From Chromera velia (taxonomy: Eukaryota): a stretch of 54,795 nt of DNA. The notes under the pieces are model-generated. The model had not been told where the DNA came from. It saw nothing but the letters and a program-made list of their open reading frames with translations, and searched no databases. The stretch spans positions 1 through 54,795 of the forward strand of contig JAHBMJ010000163.1 in the NCBI GenBank assembly GCA_018398765.1, read 5' to 3'. This document shows, piece by piece, positions 22,729 to 34,905 of this stretch (position 1 is the first letter of the stretch; each line of letters begins with the position of its first letter). The position numbers and the translations under genes were made by a program.

Positions 22729-25700
22729 TATATGTTCAGAGGTAGAGGGAGAAAAACACACACACGACCGCCTTTCCTTCCTTCTTCTGACGGGGGACTT
22801 CCTGTTGCAAGGAGCACTAGCGCTTCTTCACCCCCTGCAGGTCTGCCGCTAAGGAAACTGTGCAGCATGTGCATGTATGAAGGAAGGAATGAAGGAAAAC
22901 AGAACATTGGCCTGGAACGAAAGACGATCCCGAGGTAAGGTTTTCTTCTTCATCTATCTAGAAAGACAGGACACCTTTCTCCTCCCTCCTGCATATCGAC
23001 AGAAGAAGAAGAAGAAGAAGAAGCAGAAGAAGCAGAAGCAGAAGAAGAAGAAGAAGAAGAAGAAGAAGAAATCGTGCAGGCCCACCCACCCTTGCGATTC
23101 CCTCTGCAGGCCTGTTTTCTGGGCAGAGACGCCGAGAGACCTCTTCTGCCACTGCCGTCTCTGTCTCCTGTCTCCCTCTCCTTCCGTCTCCGGTGTGGCC
23201 CTCTTTTTGTTCTGATGGTTGGGAAGCGCTGACCTCTTCAGCCTGCTTGGCTGCACGGAAAGGGCCCACGAATATCTATCGGTTGACATTTGAAAAAAAA
23301 CAGACACATACGGTTGATTGACTTGACAGGCACATTGAGAGAAGAATTTACTTTCATTAAAAAAAAAAACAGATATGTACGGTCGATTGACAGGCACATT
23401 GAGAGAAAAATTTACTTTCATTAAAAAAAAACAGATATGTACGGTCGATTGACAGGCACATTGAGAGAAGAATTTACTTTCATTAAAAAAAAAAACAGAT
23501 ATATACGGTCGATTGACAGGCACATTGAGAGAAGAATTTACTTTCATTAAAAAAAAACAGATATGTACGGTCGATTGACAGGCACATTGAGAGAAGAATT
23601 TACTTTCATAAAAAAAAAAACAGATATGTACGGTCGATTGACAGGCACATTGAGAGAAGAATTTACTTTCATTAAAAAAAAAACAGATATGTACGGTCGA
23701 TTGACAGGCACATTGAGAGAAGAACGACACAAAAGGTCTAACTGGAGAGGATGAGAGGACAGATGACAGGATCAAGGGACACGAGCAGCGAGGAAGCGAA
23801 GAAGGTTCCATCAAATTCCGCACAGATGCACATGCAAACAGGCGAGATTGAGGCAGGGCAGTCGGTCTGCACTGCAACAACATCTCACCAGAAACAAACA
23901 GACTGAGAGAGAGAAAGAGAGAGAGAGCAAGAGGGAGCGCAGAGGCAATGAAGACGTTGATCACACCCTGTCAAACAAACGAACGAACGAACCCAGGTCT
24001 GCATCCTCTCTCAACAGCTCCTCCAATTGTCTTTTCAAGACGAGTCTGCAGAAAAACAGACATGCACATAAACGGGCTGCAGAAGTCAGAGAACAGGCAA
24101 AAACCCATCCATCCATCCATCCACTCAGACGCCCATACAAAGAGCGAAGGGGTCGGCAGGAGAGAGAGAGAGAGAGAGGCGGTTTCACTTCAGACTCGCG
24201 GGGCTTCAGATAGAAGAAGACAAGAAGATCTCATACATACAACGAAGAAAGAAAGGAAGGAAGCAGACATACATACAGACCTACCTGTGGACTCCCGACA
24301 TGACTTGAGCGAGCCCCCCGAAAGACGCGGCAATGGTGTTCAGTTCAACCTGCAGCAGCTGTTCTTCCGCCCCTTCTCCACTTCCCTTCGACTCTGAGGA
24401 AGGCACTGAGTCGACCATATAGTCAGATCTAAGGGCGTAGATCCTGATGTCATCAGAGAGGATCTGCGAACACACAAGTCCCAGATGCAGAAAAAGGTCT
24501 TATTACTTCTTTACGTTTGGTGAGGTCTTTCCTCCCTGCTTTCTCTCCTTCAACTCGTGCAATGAATCGAAAACCCAGCAACCCCTCTCCCTGCCCATCC
24601 CGTCCCCTGAATTTCTGCCGTCCACTTTCTGTCTGAGAACCTCCCGAGGGGCGGGGAGGGAGAGAGAGAGAGAGTAGAACTGTCCCTCTTTGCGTCCTCC
24701 CTTCACTTTCACTTGCAATTCCGTTTGTCTTCTCTGCTCATTAAGTGAGTTATCCTGTCACTCAAGTAACTCAGCAGCACACCCCACCAAACTGACTGAC
24801 TCTCTTTGGTTGTGCTTTCCCCGTCCCCGTCTCTGTTTGAGACTGAGACTGGCAATAGACCTCCTCGTGGATCTGCATCAGATGCTCCGTGAAGGAGTCG
24901 ACCGGGCAGACGCTGCACGAGGGGGGAGCAAGTCAAGAGACGGATGAATGAAGCTGTACAGGCTTCATGCATGTATACGCATAGACATATGTCGCGTCTG
25001 TATGTGTACGTTTACATACAGGAACGAACCATAAAAAGCTTCATTCTCTTGATCTGCTCCGTAAAAGGTCCACCTAGTCAGCTCGGCTTGGCAGACGCTT
25101 CTCGATCTCATCCCCCGTTTCCAGCCGGCCGTGTGTTGTGTTTCCATCCATCCCGCTTGAATCATTCAATTCGGGCTTGTACCCACTCAGCCATGATTCA
25201 GTTCCATCCATCCACCCATCCATGAGTCCATCCACCGTCCCTTCCGTCCTCCTGCCCGTCGGTCCGTCCTCTCATTGACTCACGAACACAACTGACTGAC
25301 TGACTAACTGACTGACTGTTTGAGGCTCTCTCTGAGGAATTCTGGATCACATGCCATCTGATCTGTCAGGCGGGCGAAGGGACGGGAGAGGGACTGGGCC
25401 CTCTCGAACTGCACCCGTCCGATCTGCACACACACGCACGCACACACACATACACACACACGCACGCACGCACACACATACACACATATACACACATACA
25501 CACACACACACGCATATACACATCTGACGCACTCCGTGCGAATGGCCCGGAAAGCGAAGTTAACATTGGACTCGGAAGCACTCGAGTTTTGTTAAGTGCC
25601 CTCTCAGCGATATTTCCGGGGCATCAGACTGCGTGCGTCAGTTTTTCAATCGGAGATTCACGTACATACGCGCCCTCCCACCTCAACTCTTTGTAAGTGC

Positions 25701-25840
25701 CCCTCAGCTACGCTTTCCGGGCCACACGCACACACACACACACACATACACACACGCGCGCGCGCGCGCGCGTACACACACGTACACACACGCACGCACA
25801 CACACACACACACACACATACATACATACATACATACATA

Positions 25841-25891
<51 letters not shown>

Positions 25892-26414
25892 GCGCGCGCA
25901 CTCATGCACGCAGGCGCACGCACACACACACGCACTCATGCACGCATGCACGCACACTCACGTACAAGCACACGACCGCATGCAGCATTGCCTTCCCTTC
26001 AAGAAATTGTCCGTCTACCCTTCACAAGATTTGCCCGCACCATCCTCTCTATCCAGTGTTTCCCTTTCCTGCGCTTCTTTTGACACCTTCACGACGATCC
26101 CTTCAATATCCTTCCCGTCCGTTTTCGTCTCTCTCTCCCTCTCTGTCTGTCTGAGTGCCAACGGAAATCCCTCCGTTGAAAAAACCCACCGCCGAGGGTA
26201 CGATGGAGATGGGTGCGAGGCTGAGCTGGAGCCTCTCTGCGGGGTTTGCGTACATGAGAGCGCCCCTGGAGGCTCCCATGGTGGCGACGTCCTTGAGGAA
26301 GGCGGGGCTCTGCTTCAGTCTGAGGAGAAACTTTTCGTCTCGCAGACGCTGACAGAGGGTCTGCTCCAGAGAGGCCACCAACTTGTCGAAGTGGATGCTC
26401 GGGGAGGGTGCCAT
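17518..26414 (-). CDS. GSS: Glutathione synthetase, eukaryotic type (~645 aa, 16 exons)
   Basis: Exons 26414-26190, 25423-25317, 24912-24801, 24463-24285, 24045-23993, 23250-23090, 22675-22488, 22251-22115, 21350-21260, 20900-20816, 20437-20345, 19887-19829, 19285-19179, 18662-18563, 18021-17941, 17677-17518 join in frame (1938 nt). Conserved motifs occur in the right order: [108 protein letters not shown]. Confidence 0.96.
18665..18909 (-). repeat. 82-bp tandem repeat x3 forming the 3' end of a GSS intron
   Basis: GCACGCACAAGAAG... starts at 18665, 18747 and 18829. On the minus strand the last copy runs directly into the acceptor AG of exon 18662-18563. Confidence 0.93.
20185..20374 (-). 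repeat. 79-bp tandem repeat (~2.4 copies) made of a GSS exon end plus donor
   Basis: ACCTGCAATGCAAAGCAGGCCCTCAGAGCCTC at 20185, 20264 and 20343. On the minus strand this reads [12 protein letters not shown] three times (donors at 20344, 20265, 20186). Confidence 0.95.
23290..23722. repeat. ~62-bp minisatellite, ~7 copies, in a GSS intron
   Basis: ACAGATATGTACGGTCGATTGACAGGCACATTGAGAGAAGAATTTACTTTCATT(A)n repeated with variable A-run length. It ends ~40 nt before the acceptor at 23251. Confidence 0.95.
25543..25724. mobile_element. Candidate MITE-like insertion in GSS intron 1
   Basis: Perfect 14-bp inverted repeats TGGCCCGGAAAGCG (25543-25556) and CGCTTTCCGGGCCA (25711-25724) bound 182 bp of complex sequence embedded in (CA)n microsatellite. 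No clear TSD. Confidence 0.45.
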
Positions 26415-26689
26415 GCTTTCTGCCCTTCTTTCTGTTTAATTATACGAAACTGAATCAATCCAGGAAGACTTCTCTTTGTTGCCGTCTCCGTCTCTGTAGT
26501 TGCACGTCTCTGAGCTAGGGGAGTGGAAGGGTTCGCTCGCTTCAGAGGTTTTCGACGGTCAAGGACAGCTAGAGCACTTCATCGGAGTCGAATTTATACA
26601 CAAAGAAGAGTAGGCGGGTTTAAGATTGAGGTCCGAGCAGGTGCTGAGATGTGCTGAGTCCTCGACATGTCCCGTCCGGATGCTGCTAT

Positions 26690-26830
26690 AGCTGCAGGCC
26701 GCATGCAGGGCGCGCGGAAACGGCGCCGCCGCGCCGGCCCGGCCGGCGCGGTCCCGCGTTTTAATTTATAGGACGCGGGGGCCGGCATGCGTCATGCACA
26801 TGCAGAGCATGACCGAGCATTGACCGAGCT
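26690..26830. promoter_or_regulatory. Probable bidirectional promoter core between GSS and the hypothetical gene
   Basis: GC-rich tract, an AT-rich TTTTAATTTATA element and several GCATG/CATGC motifs between head-to-head genes. Confidence 0.5.
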
Positions 26831-27340
26831 ACTCACTGGATCTGCGAATGATTCAGGGCCAAAAATGCCCATGCAGCCAGGTGACAGCTTTCTGTGCACG
26901 CGTCCACGGTTGACCGCTTTTCAGTGTCATGTCTTTACATGCAGTCTGCGCCCAGCTGCCCTTCAGGGTCTGTTTTCTTGACGGCCGAACTTTCGGTCGG
27001 AAGCGTGCGTTTCGGCTTTGCAGTTGCATCTGTTTCGCAAACGACTGAGGCCTCTTCTTTTCTACCGGCAGTCTTCAGGTTGCGCGATCAGACTGGCCGA
27101 GCTGCCCCGTGAGTACGAGAAGTGGTTTGGAATGTCTTGAATCATTACAATAAGTAACCTGGACTGAGTTGTTGGGACAATTTGACGCTGACTCTGTCTA
27201 TTGCGGGGACAGCAGGTGTTGTTCCCTCCGATTTTTCTTTGGGGCCGAGTGCACCGGGTGGCAGGATGAAGGTATATTGCTGCAAGTGCATTGTAATGGA
27301 AGTTGCTGTAATGATAGACACCTTTGGCCTGCAGGAAGTC

Positions 27341-28540
27341 ATGTATGAGGCATGTAGACGGGCGCTGGATTGTGTGTTGCAAGTAAAGCAGAGGGAGACA
27401 GCAAATGTCCCAGGGTTGTTTTGGGCTCTCCCACAGAATCAACTTGGGTGCAATGGTTGCCCAAGTGATGTGCATGCTGCTCCTCCTTGCCTTTCTTTCG
27501 TACTCTTCTTCTCTTTGTCCGCGGCCTCTTTTTTCCGTCCTGCACCCGAAGGAAGGAAGGAAGGAAGGAAGGATCGGCCTAGCTTTGGAGGAATGCACGA
27601 GGAAAGACGCAGGAAGCGTGTTGCTGTCTGAAGCCGTACCGAATGGGAGCTGGCGTGTCTCTTCTCTGTCCTCTTTTGTCTGAGTGAGATTGTGAGGGAC
27701 CCCTTCTTTCTTTACGAACATGTGTGTCCTTCTATCCACCCGTATAGTATACCCTTTCATGCGTACACCGTCCACTTCTTCAAAAACAGAGGAGAAACAG
27801 CTGCCTTACTCTCTTCTGCATGCAGGGGTCAGAGCACGTCAACATCACCTGCCACGTCAACAAACCGCCCTCCTTTTTCTCTAAGGCCGTTGTCTCTCGA
27901 GGTGCAGAATCGTCAGAGCAGGTCTGTTCCGAAGTTCCTCCTTGGAGACGGGGCCGGGATTTAAGGGGGGGAGAGCGACTGCCGCAAATAGGTCTTTTCA
28001 GGAGTCTAGAAGTACCTTTTCTCTTCTCTTTTCTTCTCTTCTCTTCTCTTCTCGCTCTCTGTAGTGTCTGAACTATCTGCCTTCTTCTGTGTCGACACTT
28101 TTGTCCCTGTTTCTTCTGGTCTGAAGGGAGCGTCAGCGGGCGTCTGCATAGATGCGTGACAGAGAGAGCGCGCGATTGAGCGTGTTTGCCCCGACACATC
28201 TGTACATTCCGATTGCACTGAGGCTGTCTGACAAGCATGCAAGCAGGCTCGCATGACGGATGATGTAAGGCTTCTTTCCTTCCTTTCTGTTGCAGAATGA
28301 ATTTTCTCCTTCTATGGAGGTGGTCCTCAAGTCTGTCTCCCAAATCAGAGAGGAACTCTCTAGAGGGGGAACGGAGACAGCGAGAGAAAGGGAGGACAGA
28401 CTCGACAAGGCGGTGTTAAAGTTTTGTGGCGATGCGGAGGCGGGAGAAGATCGAGAGATGGACGAGTTGTGCTCGGTACGTCGGCAAACGAACACCTTTT
28501 GTATTCGAGAGATTGGGTAGCTGAAAGAAAGAAAGAACGA

Positions 28541-28572
<32 letters not shown>

Positions 28573-28576
28573 ACGA

Positions 28577-28608
<32 letters not shown>

Positions 28609-30246
28609 AAAGAAAGAAAGAAAAGAAAGAAAGAAAGAAAGAAAGAAAAGAAAGAAAGAAAGAAAGAAAGAATAACGAATGAATGGATGCACGGATTTTC
28701 AGTCCGAAAGGATCGATGGGCGTGCGTCGGTTGCTTTTGAGTCATCAGCAGTCGGGGTGAGATCCTGTCCACCCGCCCCCCCGTTGTGTTGGGTGCTTTC
28801 TTTCTTTTTAGTTTGTCCTGTTTCGCTTCTCTCCTCTTTCGGCGGCAGCTTTCCCTCCCTTCCCCCCCCTTTTCCCTTCCCTCCTCGCCTGCAGGGCTTA
28901 CAACCTCCCTTTGGTCCCTTCTTCTTACTTTATCTTTGTCTGTCCTACTGTCTTGCTTGTCCTTTCACCGGCTGGTCGGCTTGTCCCTTTGTTATGTTAT
29001 CGGAAGGCTGTGTATGCTGCGATGCGCAGTCGAAGAAGAAAAGGGACCGACGTTCGACGTTACTTTTCTTCCTTTTTGGTCGTCTGGTCCTTCGACGCTT
29101 CGCTTAATCCGCTTCTCTTCTCTTCCCGATTTCCCCGCAACAGCCTGCCTCTCCCTCTCCAAAACAAATGATCCCAATTCCTCCCCTTTTCTTCCTTCCT
29201 TCCCGAGCAGAGGATGTTGGGACTGGTGGCGATGAACTCTGAACGCCGTTTTCTGATGACCGTCTCTCGGCACGCGTCCGATGATGGCAGTGAGAAGAGA
29301 AAACACTGTTACCGTCTGGCGGCGAAGTTTCAGAACGTGTGGGAGACGCTGCAGAGGGGAAGGCCTGGGGGTTTCGTTGCAGTTTCGGTGAGTGACTTGG
29401 GTGATGGTCGGTTGTATTGATGGGGGGGGGAGTAAACCATCATGCAGACCATGCTTTCCTTTCCTTTCTGCCCGTTGTAACGCCCTTATTCTTTCCTGAG
29501 GACCCCTTCGAGGATCAGGCGGTCCTGTTTTTTTCTCTCTTTTTTTCTGTCTGCATGTCGATACGGGAACCGGAAAGGAAGTGACGCGGGGGGGCGATCG
29601 AAGCACGACGGTGATCTCTCCCTCTCGTATCTGTCGGTCTGCTTGGCTGGCCTTTCTCTGAGTGAGGGAATGATGAATGAGTGATTGATAGTTAAGCGAC
29701 TGGTGGTTGTCTTCGTGCCCCCCCCCGTTTCTGCAGGATTCTGTCTATGAGGACATGCAGTCGGCGGGGGATGAAGACGAAGGTGGGGGTGAGATGGTCG
29801 GACAGGCTGGCCCACAGGATCTGGAGCTGCAGAAAAAGAGGAGACCCTCTCTTCCTGTCGGAGGAACAGTTCGTTCCCTCTCCCTCATTCCTCAGCAGGC
29901 TTCTCAGATCATTCAGGAGAGGGCATTTCAATTGACAAAACTCCTCAAAAAAGGATCAGGGGGAAGGGGGGAGAGTGGGAAGGAGAAGGAGAAAGAAGGT
30001 GAGAGTGAGAGTGTAGTAGCCAAAGCGATGGAGGAGATTCGGGAAGCGTCTGAGCGTCTGGCAGAATGGATGGGAGAGGAGGGCGATGACGAACCAAACC
30101 GGCGGAGTGATTTGCCTCCAGCCTCGTCAGCATCCTCTTCCTCTTCCTCTTCCTGTGCCTCTTCCTCTCAGTCTTCGTCTTCTTGTCTTCGCTCGACTAC
30201 TCGGTCAGTTTCTCACCCTGATTGCCTCTGCATGCCCTCACATCCC

Positions 30247-30322
<76 letters not shown>

Positions 30323-33300
30323 GCGTGCATGCGTGTGTACCCCTCGACCTATCATAAAGAAAAAAACGAATAATCTGTCCGTCCGTCCGTCCGTCCGTCC
30401 GTTCTGTCCGTGCAGGAGCCAGCAGGCACAGCAGCACGTGGCTACTGAGAGATGGACGAAACGTCTGAGCGAAGTCAGGGAGGCAGCGAAGGACCTTCTC
30501 CAGTCGTGGGAAAGAGAAGGCGGGGGGGGGAGGGAAGGGAGTGAAGAGCATCGGGTTGTGGAGAAGGAGGGAGGGAGCCTACAGGAGAAAGCAGAAACGC
30601 TTCACGTGAAAAATCTCTCTTTCCTCAAGGAAACAGGTGGGGCCTCTTCATTTAGACTGGCGTGTCCATTTGTTTCCTTCCATGTGTTGCCTTATTACTG
30701 GTGTACGCAGATATCTATGTGTCCTGCTTGTGTCTCGCATGCCCCCCCTTGACATGGGCAGAATGGGAGGGTGAAGCATATCTGTCTCTTTGTAAAAAGA
30801 GAGTAACTTCAGCACACTTTGATACGCATGCATGCATGTGTGTTGAACTGACTGGGGCCAGACACTGACTTTGTCTCCATCAACAACAACAACGAGAAGA
30901 AGAAGAAGAAGAAGAAGAAGAAGAAGATAGATTTGCGGACAGGAAAGTAAATAGGCATATCCATGGGTAGTGAAAGAGCGAGGGACAGACAGCGTGCGCA
31001 TGTTTCTCAAGAACAGAAACAAAGATCTGTCAGCATTGAAATTCCTGCTGTCCATTTCCAGAACCAGTATGTGTCTATGGACGGCGTGAATTTGTTTCAG
31101 TGGAAAAATTCGGGATTTGATGGCAAAGAACCCTTTGCGTATGCATGTACGTGTGTGTGTGTGTGTGTGTGTACTGTAGCATGCTTATTTGCTTGTCTGT
31201 CAAAATGATGCGTGCGTGCAGGTATTCGGAACGTGATGAGGAAGGAGCCTCCCCTGAGTGCGCGTGCCGTTGTTGAGAGCCGTCTCCGTGTGCTGGTGGC
31301 AGGGGAATGGGAGGTGTTGGAGGAGGGGGGGGAGGGGCTTGGAGTGAGTGAGGGTGAGACGCAGAGGGAGTTTCTTCCAGGTGTGGGAGGGGGATTTTGG
31401 CCGGATGTGGCTGTATTTTTCTCCACTGGCTCTTCCCTGGGTCTCTCTTCGGTGTCCTCAGACGAGAGAGGAGAGATTTCGGAAGGGACAGCGGAAGGGG
31501 AAGAAGAGAGAGAGTCCGCTCTTTTGAGAAGAATTTTTTGGCGAGAGGAGGAGAAGGAGGAAGGGGAAGAAGGGCAAGAGGACAAAAGGAAGACTTGGAA
31601 GATTATAAATGTTCAGATGAAAGTTGGAAGGGGGGGTGGAGAAGAGGAAGAAGAACAAGAGGAACAGAAAGAGAAGGAAGAAGGACTTGGACGTCCTTCT
31701 GAGGGCAATAAACTGAGGGTGCACATGGACACGGAAGAGCTTTCAACATCAAGAGGAGAAGAAGCAATGCAGGTGAGCATGCCCATGTTCTAATGTGAGA
31801 AGAAAAACAGGCAAGACGAAAAAGAGGATTTCACTCTCTCTCTTTGATGAGAAAACAAAATGACAGATTCGGTATCTGAATGGAATGGGGCGATTTTTTT
31901 GTTCCGCAATCTCTTCTCCCTCCTTTTCGGACTTCCTGCAAGTCCTTTTCTTTACTTACCGTTCCTCCTGCTGCTTTTTGGGGGGGGAGGGGGGGTTTCA
32001 GCTGTCTCTCCCTTTTCTGCTCCCTTCTATCTCTCTGCATGCGTCCTTCCTTGTGTGACTTTCTTTCTATCTGCTTGAACAATCTGCACCTTCCTTGCCT
32101 GACCTTTCTGTCTGCAGGAACCCGATTCCATTGGAAGAAGCGCGGCTGAGCGCCCCGCAAATCATCAGCCCCAGGAGGAGCGGTCTGAGCAGGAGAAAGA
32201 GAAGGAGAAAGAGGACAAAGGGGAACGGAAGAAACAAGAAGAAAAGAATCATGAAGAAGAGGAGGACCAGGAAGTTCTCTTTGTCGCAGAGACTCCATCT
32301 TTCCCTTCTACCACACCGCCCTCCCATCTGCTTTCCGTGTCCCCACTTACCCCTGCCCCCGAACAAAAGTCTCCTCCCGCCCCCCCCAACCCTCCAACTT
32401 ACACCCCCGCCAAGTTGACCTCTTTCGACTTCCGATCCCAAAATCGGACCGCTCCTTTCGACTGTCGTTTTGTTCAGGATTCTTCTTCTTCTTCTGCTGC
32501 TGCCCCCCACGCGCTCCAACCTCCTTCCTCCTCTCATCCTTCTCCACAGAAGTCAGAAGTCATTGAGGTCATTGCTCTTTCTGACTCAGAGACTGAGTCT
32601 GACAGCGAGCCTGTCGAAGTTGAGAAAGGGAAAAGGGTAGGAGGGTCCAGACACATGCAGAAGACTGTGTCGTTTCTTCCACAGAGCAAGAAGCAGCAAC
32701 AAGGCACTAACCCGTCAAGTGGAGAGAGGCAACGAATAGAAAAAGGGAGGCAGGGACCAAAGACAGCAGCTGATAGGCCTCAAGGAGCAATGCCGAGCCA
32801 CGTCATCATCCATCCACCCCCAACCTCAACCTGTCGTTCCACTGTCGAACCTTCGTCCCCTCTTCCGGAGACTTCCTCTTCTTCTCTCTCCCCCCAGCAC
32901 AGCGACCATCAGCCCTCCTCTTTCTCTTCCTCCTCTTCACAAAACAAGAGACTGGAAGTAGGAGCGCGTCTGAGACCAAACATCCCCACCCCCCCACAGA
33001 AGAGGCCTGAGAGAGAGGAGGAAAGGCATCACAAACCCAACAACAAGAACGCATCAGCATTCGACTTCACTCAGACCCCACTCGTCATTCCCCCCCCTTC
33101 CTCTTATTCCTCAAGCAAAAAGCCAGGAGGCAGTGACGCTGTCACCGCCTCCCATCGCCCTGCAGGCTACCTGGAGTGTTGGGGTGCAAGCGGGCCCTCC
33201 CCCCCTCTCCCTCCTTCTTCTACCTCAGAAACGCTTCAGAGAGACAAAACAAAGGAAAAGATTGTGGGTACAGGCCAACAATCTCTAAAGGGGAGCTCCC

Positions 33301-34256
33301 ATGCAAGTCCAGCTTCCCCCACTCATCCCATGCAACCATCGACTTCAAATCCTCTCCTCCACACACACACTGCACGAAAGACAACGTCTCCTTCCGCTTC
33401 GTCTTCCCCTTTCAAATTTCCCACCGTCCCTCTACAAAGAGAGTCAATCTCTCCGAGTAGACCCGTGTCCAACGATTCTTCCACTCAGTCTCAGCCGTCT
33501 CGTATCCCGGCAGTGAAGAAGGAGACGCCTGCAGAGAGAGGGAGAGGAGACGCGACGACGAGGGACGGATGGGGATGGGGCGGGCCTGTGGCGCTTGAGA
33601 AGTCTCCGAGTCTTACCACCCGAGCGCAGTGGCCTGTCTCCGCAAATGGGCAGCAGAGAGATTGGATTGACGCAAGCACGCCTCAGCAGACAGAGACGGA
33701 CAGACGGAGCGACTGCCCTCGCCCGATCGCAATGGAATCGCAGTGGGGGCAGACTGACGCACGCACACACACAGGGGGGGAGAGTGGGGGGGCACGTCTT
33801 GTCCCCGTTCAGCAGCGGGATCGTGAGAGTCCGAGTAGGAGTGCGTCTGCGTCTGTGTCTCTGCAGCGGGAGAGAGGGGGCGGGAGAGGGGGGGAGAAAG
33901 CAAGGCAGAGACAGCAGTGGGTTGAGCAGAATATGGGACGCTGGAGTTACGGAGAGGAAGAGGAAGAGAGGCAGAGTGAGAAGAAGAGGTCTGACCAGAG
34001 TGGCAATGCTGCTTCGGGTTGTCCATCTGCATCTGGCAGTCAGAGAGACGGAGACAGAGACAGAGAGGGGGGCAGAGGGAAAGAAAGGGAAAGTGAAAAG
34101 GAGACGGAGATCAAGGCCGATATGATGGTCAAGTTTCTCTCTGCCTTTTCTGCACAGCAGTTGTCTGAGTTTAAGCAAATGGGTCCTGAAAGTCCTTTGG
34201 GAAAATTGGGTGTGCCTGCGTGGTTGGTCGACAAACTGATTCGAGAGAAGAGCTAG
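27341..34256 (+). CDS. Large hypothetical protein with a long S/P-rich low-complexity last exon (start codon uncertain)
   Basis: Phase-consistent exons at approximately 27341-27382, 27826-28011, 28297-28475, 29210-29387, 29737-30203, 30416-30636, 31222-31772, 32118-34256 (TAG). No family recognised. SIM-like EVIEVIALSDSETESDSE at ~32556-32610. Confidence 0.65.
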
Positions 34257-34532
34257 AGGAAATAGAAGAGAAGACCATGCATGCAGAGGGCGGGTGGGGG
34301 GCATGGGAAAATGGGAATGCAAAGGGTTGGGAGTGCATGTATTCGGGTGGCCCTACGGGAATGATCACTGCTTCTACCCCAGCGGCCCTCAGATCTTCGT
34401 AATTGGGCGTATTTTGTTTGATTTGTAACTGTAAACTTTTCAAGGGCCCGGGGACGCATATACATGTGTGCGTGTGTGTGTGGGGGGGGGGGAGAAGAGC
34501 TGGAGGAAATAGAAATGAAGGTCATGCACGCG

Positions 34533-34905
34533 AAGGGCAGGTGGGAGGGTGGGTGGTTGGGCGGGAGGGAGAAGAGGCTGAAGTCAGGAGTGACTCATTG
34601 AGTCGCGCCTATTCTTCTTTGGGGTGTCAGGCATGATCATGTCAGGCACTCAGGAAGGAAAACACATGTTCGCTCTTTCTATGTGTCCAGTCGACACCTT
34701 TCTTTCTTTGGAGTGTCAGGCATGCAAAGGGCAGGTGGGAGGGTGGGTGGGTGGGAGGGAGGGAGAAGAGGGTGAAGTCAGGAGTGACTCATTGAGTCGC
34801 GCTTATTCTTCTTTGGGGTGACAGGCATGATCATGTCAGGCACTCAGGAAGGAAAACACATGTTCGCTCTTTCTAGGTGTCCAGTCGACACCTTTCTTTT
34901 TTGGG
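34533..34905. repeat. 194-bp direct tandem duplication downstream of the hypothetical gene
   Basis: AAGGGCAGGTGGGAGGGTGGG...GTCGACACCTTTCTTT starts at 34533 and 34727, with few differences between copies. Confidence 0.92.

Noticed and set aside
23275..23280. TAG acceptor giving an HRYSW... reading of GSS
   Set aside because: That frame loses the conserved PEN..GIA motif. The extra exon 24045-23993 with acceptor 23251 restores it.
22954..23964. 336-aa Cys-rich repeat ORF, and the CRISPR-like look of the ~62-bp array
   Set aside because: The units are contiguous with no unique spacers, there are no cas genes, and the array lies in a eukaryotic GSS intron. The ORF is a by-product of the repeat.
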